DNA from: Pseudomonadota bacterium | GTDB lineage: Bacteria > Pseudomonadota > Gammaproteobacteria > Halothiobacillales > Halothiobacillaceae | Direction of reading: 5' to 3' | Length of the DNA stretch: 64,000 nucleotides | Assembly (NCBI GenBank): GCA_051746865.1 | Contig: JBNJFM010000001.1 | Location: 75,621 to 139,620, forward strand | Shown here: positions 42,955-49,908 of the stretch, in pieces | How positions within the stretch are numbered: the first letter of the stretch is position 1 | Layout: each line of letters begins with the position of its first letter | Notes under the pieces: generated by a model | Told to the model about the DNA's origin: nothing | The model's database searches: none | Seen by the model: only the letters and a program-made list of their open reading frames with translations | Translations under genes and position numbers: made by a program

Positions 42955-43401
42955 ATGCAGCAATCCCGTCGCGTCCTGTTCGTCTGCATCCGCAACAGCG
43001 GCCGCAGCCAGATGGCCGAGGCCTTTCTCAACGATCTCGGCGCACCCGAATTCGTGGCGGAAAGCGCCGGCGTCGACCCCCACCCGATCGACCCGGGCGT
43101 CATCCGGGTCATGCAGGAGGCGGGCTACGACCTGTCGAAGGCGCAGTCCGACCGCATCGTCGACTTCTTCCGGGAAGGACGGCTGTACGAACAGGTCATC
43201 TACGTCTGCGAGCGCGGCGTGGAGGCTGGCTGTCCCGTGTTTCCCGGCGTGCGGCGGACCCTGCACTGGCCCTACCCCGACCCAGCGGAACTGGCGGGAA
43301 GCGAAGCAGAAAGGCTCCGGGAACTGCGGCGGATCCGGGACCGGATCCGCGCAAGGGTCGAGCAGTGGCTCGAGGAGAATGCCACCAGGCCGGGTAACTG
43401 A
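42955..43401 (+). CDS. arsC: arsenate reductase / low-molecular-weight phosphotyrosine phosphatase family
   Basis: VLFVCIRNSGRSQMAEAF (CX5R-S P-loop) and a downstream Cys pair (VCERGVEAGC). Confidence 0.8.
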   Translation: MQQSRRVLFVCIRNSGRSQMAEAFLNDLGAPEFVAESAGVDPHPIDPGVIRVMQEAGYDLSKAQSDRIVDFFREGRLYEQVIYVCERGVEAGCPVFPGVRRTLHWPYPDPAELAGSEAERLRELRRIRDRIRARVEQWLEENATRPGN

Positions 43402-43415
43402 TCCGCCCGCCCCGG

Positions 43416-45212
43416 TCAGTCGGCTTCCCGGTCGATCCCGCAACAGGGCGTCGCTGTCTCCACGCCCTGCAACACCGCACCGGTGACCGGGTTGGGCCGG
43501 TAGGTCGTGCAGCCCTTCAGCCCCAGTTCGAAGGCGCGCCGGTAGATGCCCTCGAAACGACCGAACGGCAGTTCCTCGGGCACGTTGATGGTCTTGGAGA
43601 TCGCGCTGTCGACGAACGGCTGCAGCGCGGCCTGCATGGCCAGGTGGGCCTCGGGCGCCAGGTCCTCGGCCTCGACGAACGCCGATGGCAGGTCTCGACC
43701 CGGATGCCGTTCCTGCCACAGCGCACAGGCGCGATCGGCCATTTCCCGCTCCCGCGGCTCGCCCCGGGCATCGAGTATTCGCCGGCCGACACGAAAACGG
43801 AACACCGGCTCGATCCCGGAGGAGACGTTGTCCGCCAGCAGGCTGATCGTCCCGGTCGGAGCGATGGCCGTCAGGTGGCTGTTGCGGATGCCGTGCCGGG
43901 CGATGCCGTCGCGGATGTCGGCCGGCAGGGAACGGACGAACGGGGCGTCCAGGTACGGCTCGCGATCGAGGAAGGGAAACCCGCCCTTCTCCCTGGCCAG
44001 GCCAACCGACGCACGATAGGCCGCGTGAGTGATGGTGCGCATGACGGTCGCGGCGGTTTCGCGGGCAGCCTCCGAATCGTAGCGCTGGCCGAGCAGGATC
44101 AGGGCATCAGCCAGGCCGGTGATTCCCAACCCGACGCGGCGGCTGCCCCGGGCCTGCTCGGCCTGGGCGGTCAGCGGGAACCGGGAGACGTCGATCACGT
44201 TGTCCAGCATGCGCACCGCGACCGTGGCGGTCTCGGTGATCGCCGCGAGATCGATGGCGGCCTCGGGCTCGAAGGGATGGCGCACGAAGGTGGCGAGGTT
44301 GATCGAGCCCAGGTCGCAGGCGCCGTAGGGCGGCAGGGGAATCTCGCCGCAAGGGTTGGTGGCGGTGATCCGCTCCCGGTAGCCAAGGTTGTTGGACTGG
44401 TTGATGCGGTCGACGAACAGAACGCCGGGCTCGGCGTGGTCATAGGTCGCCCGCATGATCCGCTCCCACAGCCGACGGGCCGGCACTCGTCGCAACACCC
44501 GGCAGGACACCGGGGAGTCGAAGCCCGGCCAGCGCCGCTCCACGGTATCGCCATCGTTTCCGTCCAGCCTGCCGGCCGGGAACACCAATGGCCAGTCGTC
44601 GTCGGCATCCACCGCCGCCATGAAGGCATCATCCACGAGTACCGAGAGATTGAAGCGAGTCAGCTCTCCGGGCTGGCGCTTGGCCTCGATAAAGGTCTCG
44701 ATATCGGGATGGTCGACGCGCAGCGTCGCCATCATCGCGCCACGGCGGGCGCCGGTGGAGAGGATGGTGGCGCAGGCCGCGTCCCAGATGCGCATGAACG
44801 ACACCGGGCCCGAGGCGATGGTGCCGCTGTGCCGGGCCGGCGTGCCCGCCGGGCGCAGGGTGGAGAAATCGTAGCCGACGCCGCCGCCCTGCTGCATGGT
44901 CAGGGCGCCCTCCTTCAGGCCATCGAAGATCCCGTCGAGGGAGTCCTCGATCGTTCCCATCACGAAGCAATTGAACAGCGTTACCTGCCGCTCCGTGCCC
45001 GCCCCGGCCAGGATCCGCCCGCCGGGCAGGAAGCAAAAGTCGTGGAGGATCTCGGCAAACCGCGACTCCCAGTCGTCGGGGACGGCCTCCACGGCGGCCA
45101 AGGCCCGGGCGACCCGCTCACGGGACGCAACCAGGTCCCGCTCGCCCGGCTGGCGGTAGCGGGATTCCCAGATCGTCCGGCCGATCTCGCTGGAAAAGGT
45201 GTCGCCTGCCAT
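43416..45212 (-). CDS. nrdJ: adenosylcobalamin-dependent (class II) ribonucleotide reductase
   Basis: 598 aa. LPGGRIL..AG, NCFV, GGGVGYDFS.LRP, NPCGEIPLPPYGACDLGSINL, TISKTIN-type motifs. Confidence 0.9.
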   Translation of the reverse strand: MAGDTFSSEIGRTIWESRYRQPGERDLVASRERVARALAAVEAVPDDWESRFAEILHDFCFLPGGRILAGAGTERQVTLFNCFVMGTIEDSLDGIFDGLKEGALTMQQGGGVGYDFSTLRPAGTPARHSGTIASGPVSFMRIWDAACATILSTGARRGAMMATLRVDHPDIETFIEAKRQPGELTRFNLSVLVDDAFMAAVDADDDWPLVFPAGRLDGNDGDTVERRWPGFDSPVSCRVLRRVPARRLWERIMRATYDHAEPGVLFVDRINQSNNLGYRERITATNPCGEIPLPPYGACDLGSINLATFVRHPFEPEAAIDLAAITETATVAVRMLDNVIDVSRFPLTAQAEQARGSRRVGLGITGLADALILLGQRYDSEAARETAATVMRTITHAAYRASVGLAREKGGFPFLDREPYLDAPFVRSLPADIRDGIARHGIRNSHLTAIAPTGTISLLADNVSSGIEPVFRFRVGRRILDARGEPREREMADRACALWQERHPGRDLPSAFVEAEDLAPEAHLAMQAALQPFVDSAISKTINVPEELPFGRFEGIYRRAFELGLKGCTTYRPNPVTGAVLQGVETATPCCGIDREAD

Positions 45213-45251
45213 GCCCCGAGGATAGGAGACGGCAGGCAGAACCGCAGGGGG

Positions 45252-45773
45252 TCAGACGTAGCGCATCACCAGGTCGTGCAGGCTCTTCGCGCCACTCTTG
45301 CGGACGTGCTTGACGATCGCCTCGTAGCCGGCGGCGACCTGCTGGTCGCGCGGCAGCGCCTGCTCGACCTTGACCACGCGCTCGTAGACCTTCGACCACT
45401 CGGCGACCGCCTCGCGCTTGGGCATCATGCGCACCGAGCTGTAGGCATCGATCACGCCCTTGCTGTTGCGATGAGGCGCGACCCGGGCAAGCACCCAATA
45501 GTTGTCGCCGTTCTTGCAGCGGTTGTTGACGAAGCCGTAGAACTCCTCGCCGCCTTCGATGATTTGCCACATGGCGTAGAACACCGCACGCGGCATGCCG
45601 GGATGCCGGATAATGCTGTGCGGCGCACCGACCAGCTCGTCACGGGTGTAGCCGGAGATCCGGGCGAAGGTGGGATTGGCGAAGGTGATTACCCCCCGGG
45701 CGTCGGTGCGCGACTGGATGGTGTCGTGCGGCGAGAGGAGGACCTCGTGGCCGGTGACCGTGCGATCGATCAT
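45252..45773 (-). CDS. stand-alone PAS-domain protein (Aer-type PAS)
   Basis: TDARGVITFANPTFARISGYTRDELVGAPHSIIRHPGMPRAVF..MW...NRCKNGDNYWV resembles the FAD-type PAS of Aer. 173 aa from the ATG at 45773. Confidence 0.75.
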   Translation of the reverse strand: MIDRTVTGHEVLLSPHDTIQSRTDARGVITFANPTFARISGYTRDELVGAPHSIIRHPGMPRAVFYAMWQIIEGGEEFYGFVNNRCKNGDNYWVLARVAPHRNSKGVIDAYSSVRMMPKREAVAEWSKVYERVVKVEQALPRDQQVAAGYEAIVKHVRKSGAKSLHDLVMRYV

Positions 45774-45971
45774 GCAAAGCTCCTTGGCAAGCCGGCGCAT
45801 CCGCCGCGCCGGTGGGTTACCGATGCATCCTACGACCCGACTCGGGTCGCCCACAAGGGCGAGGAAAGGTCACGCATTGTACAAACCTTCGGCAATGAGC
45901 GGCGAATCGCGGACATCATCCGGACACCTGACAAACTCCCGGGAACATGGCCGCGCTGGTAGAACGCCGCT

Positions 45972-46319
45972 TCAGTGCCCACCGTCGGCATGCCCTGCCC
46001 CCTCTTCCAGGGCCCCGTCGAGTAGCAAACGGACCGCCTGGTCGGGATCGGATTCACTGGTCAGATAGCCCCGAGCCCCCATGCCCGCCAGGCGATCGAT
46101 CAGTCCTTCGCCAAGGCCCTGGCTGATCAGCGCATCGATACCGTCGAGCGGATGCGGTTCGCGGCCCCGGGACTCGTGGAACGACTGCTCGCGTGGCAGC
46201 TCCAGCATCTCGCGCCCGAGGATGTCCCCGCCGTCGACTTCGTAGATCCAGAAGCGGCGGCAACGCCCGGCATGCGAGGTAACGGTGCGGCGATTCTGGC
46301 TGGTGACGGCAATCTTCAT
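45972..46319 (-). CDS. NifB/NifX-like (dinitrogenase FeMo-cofactor-binding fold) small protein
   Basis: MKIAVTSQN...SHAGRCRRFWIYEV...IDALISQGLGEGLIDRLAGMG. RBS GGAGGA. ATGA overlap with the upstream MBL gene. Confidence 0.7.
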   Translation of the reverse strand: MKIAVTSQNRRTVTSHAGRCRRFWIYEVDGGDILGREMLELPREQSFHESRGREPHPLDGIDALISQGLGEGLIDRLAGMGARGYLTSESDPDQAVRLLLDGALEEGAGHADGGH

Positions 46320-47164
46320 CGGTTGTCCTCCCGGATTTCCAGGACATCGCCGACTCCCATCGAGATGACCCGTCCGGGGAAGCAACGCCGGAAATGGCAG
46401 ACGGCCTCGATGCCCGTGCAGTGATTGGCGCCGAGGATCTGCACATCGACACGCGACAGGATCTCGGCGGTTTTCTCCATCCGCTCCGGGCCGGAGCGCA
46501 GCAGGTGCATGCCCCCGACCAGCGCGTGAACACGCGACTCGCCGGTAAGCTCGGCGACTCGTTCGAGCGTGTTGACCACCCCGGAATGCCCGCATCCGAG
46601 AATCACCACCACCCCCTTGACCGTGCGCAAGAACAGCGCCTGGTCGTCGGGAATCGTGTCCTCCTCGCGGCATGCACTGTCGCGGAAGAACGGGCCGCCG
46701 GTGTCCTCGTAGTCGTTGCGGCGGGGAATGCGACCGGTCACCGACAGGCCGGGGACGATCTCGGTCGCCTCGTCGGTGAAGATCATCTCGCCCACCCGGG
46801 CGGAAAGCTCCTCGGCCGGCGGCAGCCCGGAACTGATGTCCTTGCCGTTGCGGTTGAACTTGGCATCGAGTGCGGCGGGGTGCAGGTACAAACGCGTGTC
46901 CGGGTTGCGCGCCAGCACCGGCATGAGTCCGCCGGTATGATCGTAGTGACCGTGGCTGAGCACGATCGCGTCCAGGCCGTCCAGCGAGATGCCCAGCCGC
47001 TCGGCGTTGGACTCCAGCACGAGGCCCTGCCCGGTATCGAACAGGACCCGCCTGCCATCCGCCTCGACGAGAAACGACAAGCCGTGTTCACCCAGCAGGC
47101 CTCGCCCGGCCGCGGTGTTCTCTACCAGTGTGGTGACTTTCAGGTACTCGATCATGGGGGACAT
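46316..47164 (-). CDS. MBL-fold metallo-hydrolase
   Basis: GLSFLVE...VLFDTG...IVLSHGHYDHTGGL...GCGHSG. Confidence 0.8.
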   Translation of the reverse strand: MSPMIEYLKVTTLVENTAAGRGLLGEHGLSFLVEADGRRVLFDTGQGLVLESNAERLGISLDGLDAIVLSHGHYDHTGGLMPVLARNPDTRLYLHPAALDAKFNRNGKDISSGLPPAEELSARVGEMIFTDEATEIVPGLSVTGRIPRRNDYEDTGGPFFRDSACREEDTIPDDQALFLRTVKGVVVILGCGHSGVVNTLERVAELTGESRVHALVGGMHLLRSGPERMEKTAEILSRVDVQILGANHCTGIEAVCHFRRCFPGRVISMGVGDVLEIREDNR

Positions 47165-47231
47165 CCAATTTGTTTATACGTTATAAGGTAACACTCACGC
47201 ACAATCATGCAATACCTTCCGGAACCCGGCG

Positions 47232-47897
47232 CTACCTGAGTCCCCCCTCCTCCACCAGCCTGGCATGGATCCGCTCGGCCATCTCCCGGTAGCCCGCGGC
47301 ATTCAGATGCACCTGGTCGGACTTGTACTTCGGCGTTCTCAGCAGGCTCGCAACCATGCCGTCCATCAGGACGACACCATGCTCTTCGGCCAGTTCGTCG
47401 TAGAAGGGCGCGGAGTTGGAGAACAGCGACTTCTCCGGCACGCTCAGCAGCAACACTTGCACGTCGCGATCCTGCGCCATCTCGATCATCCGGGAGAGGT
47501 TGCGCTTTGCCTCGGCCGGACTGCCGTTGCGCAGGATGTCGTTGCCGCCGAGCAGCAGGATCATCAGACCCGGATCGGTCTCGTCGAGCACCGCGGGCAA
47601 TCGCTCCATCCCCTCGGCAGTCATCTCGCCGGAAACCCCCGCATTGACCACCGGATGACCGGACAATTCGGCCAACCGCGCCGGGTAGCTATCCTCAGGG
47701 GGCGCTCCCACTCCCTTGGTCAGACTGTCGCCGAAGGCCAGGATCACTTCATCCGATCCCAGCGGTTCCAGGGACCCGCTGCCGCACCCCGTCACGAGCA
47801 GCGCGACCAAGAGAGCCACCGACCAACCAGCACCGAGCCTCGATCGAGTCCCCTTCCATCCAACGGCGTCGTTCGACCAGAGGATAAATTTCATCAT
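47232..47897 (-). CDS. SGNH/GDSL arylesterase-lysophospholipase-like lipoprotein
   Basis: Lipobox LVTGC. The four SGNH blocks are present: ILAFGDSLT, NAGVSGE, LLLGGNDIL and DQVHLN. Confidence 0.8.
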   Translation of the reverse strand: MMKFILWSNDAVGWKGTRSRLGAGWSVALLVALLVTGCGSGSLEPLGSDEVILAFGDSLTKGVGAPPEDSYPARLAELSGHPVVNAGVSGEMTAEGMERLPAVLDETDPGLMILLLGGNDILRNGSPAEAKRNLSRMIEMAQDRDVQVLLLSVPEKSLFSNSAPFYDELAEEHGVVLMDGMVASLLRTPKYKSDQVHLNAAGYREMAERIHARLVEEGGLR

Positions 47898-48031
47898 TTT
47901 TCCCTCGCTGTTCGCTTGGGGTCCCGGCGGAGCCCGCCTCACCCTTGCCAGCCCCCGGGGTGCACGGAAGTTGTTGTCTTTCTGTGCTATTACCCATGTC
48001 TGGGATAAACGGTTTCCGTCCGCATGGCTTC

Positions 48032-48083
48032 GCTCACATGTGAGCAGAAATCACCCAGAAGCATCTGTCTCGTTCGACAGATG
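48032..48083. promoter_or_regulatory. two palindromes upstream of the Met-rich CpxP-like gene (candidate operators)
   Basis: Perfect 14-bp palindrome GCTCACATGTGAGC (48032..48045) and an 8-6-8 inverted repeat CATCTGTC-N6-GACAGATG (48062..48083). They lie 45-96 bp before the ATG at 48128. Confidence 0.3.
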
Positions 48084-48127
48084 GAATCCGATTATCCAGC
48101 CTTCCAACACCTTGGAGGAAGCGCACC

Positions 48128-48991
48128 ATGACACAGACAAGACACTTTCGAGACCTCGCTGCCTGCACACTGGCTGTCGCCCTGGCCGGCGCCACCTCGG
48201 CAACACTCGCCGCCGAATCCGAAACCGAAAAGCAGCCCCGCTCCGGCCCCGGAATGATGCAGAACGGTGGCCCCGGTGGCGCCTATGGACCTGGCCATGG
48301 TTACGGACCGGGCATGATGCAAGGCTACAATCCCCGCGGTGCCCAGGGACCGGGCATGGCGCCCGGCTACGGACCCCGCGGTGGCCAGGGACCGGGCATG
48401 ATGCCCGGCTACGGACCTGGCGGGAGCTATGGCCCAGGCATGATGCAGGGCTATGGGCCCGGCGGTAACTACGGACCGGGCATGATGCAGGGCTACGGGC
48501 CCGGCGGTAACTACGGACCGGGCATGATGCAGGGCTACGGACCCGGCGGTAACTACGGACCCGGCATGATGCAGGGCTACGGACCCGGCGGTAACTACGG
48601 ACCCGGCATGATGCAGGGCTATGGGCCCGGCGGTAACTACGGACCCGGCATGATGCAGGGCTACGGACCCCACGGCCAGGGACCAGGCATGATGCAGGGC
48701 CAAGGCTATGGGCCCGGCGGCGGTTACGGCCCGAACGGAAGCAATCTCACCGAGCGGCAACGCCAGCGCCTGCAGGACATCCAGCAGGAGCACCAGGAAA
48801 AGAACTGGAAGCTCATGGAAAAGATGCAGGAAGAGCAGCAGCGCCTCTACCGGCTCAACCAGGCCCCGGAGCCCGATTACGACGCCATCGAGAAGTCCAC
48901 CAGGACACTCGGCGAGCTTCGCCAACAGATGGCCGAGCAGCAGATCCAGATGAGAAGGCGCATCCAGGAGGCTCTCAACGAGGGGGAATGA
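48128..48991 (+). CDS. periplasmic CpxP/Spy/ZraP-family (LTxxQ) protein with long N-terminal Gly/Pro/Met-rich repeat region
   Basis: Signal peptide (..ATSATLAAE). About 150 aa of GPGMMQGYGPGGNY-type repeats. C-terminal helical LTERQRQRLQDIQQEH... domain. Confidence 0.75.
   Translation: MTQTRHFRDLAACTLAVALAGATSATLAAESETEKQPRSGPGMMQNGGPGGAYGPGHGYGPGMMQGYNPRGAQGPGMAPGYGPRGGQGPGMMPGYGPGGSYGPGMMQGYGPGGNYGPGMMQGYGPGGNYGPGMMQGYGPGGNYGPGMMQGYGPGGNYGPGMMQGYGPGGNYGPGMMQGYGPHGQGPGMMQGQGYGPGGGYGPNGSNLTERQRQRLQDIQQEHQEKNWKLMEKMQEEQQRLYRLNQAPEPDYDAIEKSTRTLGELRQQMAEQQIQMRRRIQEALNEGE
48449..48658 (+). repeat. five near-identical in-frame 42-bp tandem repeats (GYGPGGNYGPGMMQ), flanked by degenerate copies from about 48250 to 48730
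   Basis: The units start at 48449, 48491, 48533, 48575 and 48617. They differ only at synonymous third positions (tat/tac, ggg/gga, ccg/ccc). Confidence 0.9.
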
Positions 48992-49113
48992 ACCGTCCGG
49001 CACAGGTCGACACCAATACTGATCGGCCGGTGAAGTAGCCTTCCATGCGAACCGGAGAGCCGCCCATGATGAGGCGACTCTTCTGGGTTTGGTCTAGCGA
49101 AAAACCTGCCCGA

Positions 49114-49380
49114 TCAGCTCTCGAGCCGGCGTTTGCGCTCCTCGAACTCCTCGTGATCGATTTCCCCCCGGGCGTAACGCTCGCGCAGCAAGTCCAGCGC
49201 ACTATGCCGAGATGGCGACGAGGCATCCGATCTCGAATGTGATCCGGACGGCGTAATCAGCCACTTGATCAGCACGGCAATCGCAACGATCAGTAGCACC
49301 CAGAGCAGCACCATCAGAATCCAGCCGACTCCGTAACCCATGCCGGCATGCGGCATCCCGTTGTAACCCCATTCATACAT
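49114..49380 (-). CDS. SHOCT-domain small membrane protein
   Basis: 88 aa. RBS AAGGAGA. Met/Gly/His-rich N-terminus (GMPHAGMGYG), one TM helix, and a C-terminal SHOCT motif LLRERYARGEIDHEEFEERKRRL. Confidence 0.7.
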   Translation of the reverse strand: MYEWGYNGMPHAGMGYGVGWILMVLLWVLLIVAIAVLIKWLITPSGSHSRSDASSPSRHSALDLLRERYARGEIDHEEFEERKRRLES

Positions 49381-49908
49381 GCTCTGTCTCCTTTGTTGGT
49401 TTATAGCGACACCGCGGCGGGTGACGCCGGTTCGAAAGCCCTGTTGCGTCAATCCCGGCACACCCGGAAAGATGAGACAGACCCCACGATTTGATTCAAC
49501 GACGTGAGGAAAGTGGATACCGCGATCACCACACACAGGAAGTCAATGGCGCGAGCTTCATGGACAGCATCATGAAGACTCCCCACAAAGGTAGTTCAAT
49601 TCAAACGAGCCCGGTGCGGCCGGGACCTACAGCGCGGGCACGAGGAGAAAAACCCGAGGCTCATGGAGCAGGTGCCGGAAAAGCAACAGGCCTTATCCCG
49701 GACAATCAGACTAGGCGCCCCGGCCGGAATACACTCGAGCCGCCCCATTCGGCGGCGCGAGCAATTTGTGCCAGGCAAATGAGAGAGCTCCGGTTGCAGA
49801 CCCCGCGTCGCTTGCATAAATGGCCAAAGAACCGAATCGCTGCGCCGCATCATGAAAACCCGCTATGATGCTGCGGTCTTTCAATACCATTCAACAGGGA
49901 AGTGACAA

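Noticed and set aside
48250-48730. The tandem 42-bp repeats as a CRISPR array or a non-coding minisatellite.
   Set aside because: The repeats are contiguous with no spacers and are multiples of 3. They sit in frame inside an ORF that has a signal peptide and a recognisable C-terminal LTxxQ domain. The differences between units are synonymous. There are no cas genes.
49771-49800. A c-di-GMP-I (GEMM) riboswitch-like string CAGGCAAATGAGAGAGCTCCGG in the long spacer before the PPC-repeat gene.
   Set aside because: It lacks the second conserved ACGCAAAGC element and convincing P1/P2 pairing. The resemblance is limited to GGCAAA...CTCCGG.
49491-49868. The 125-aa ORF in the 528-bp spacer as a gene.
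   Set aside because: The translation is rich in Arg/Pro/His/Thr and low in hydrophobic residues. There is no RBS and no recognisable motif. It is treated as non-coding and flagged only as an unusual spacer.
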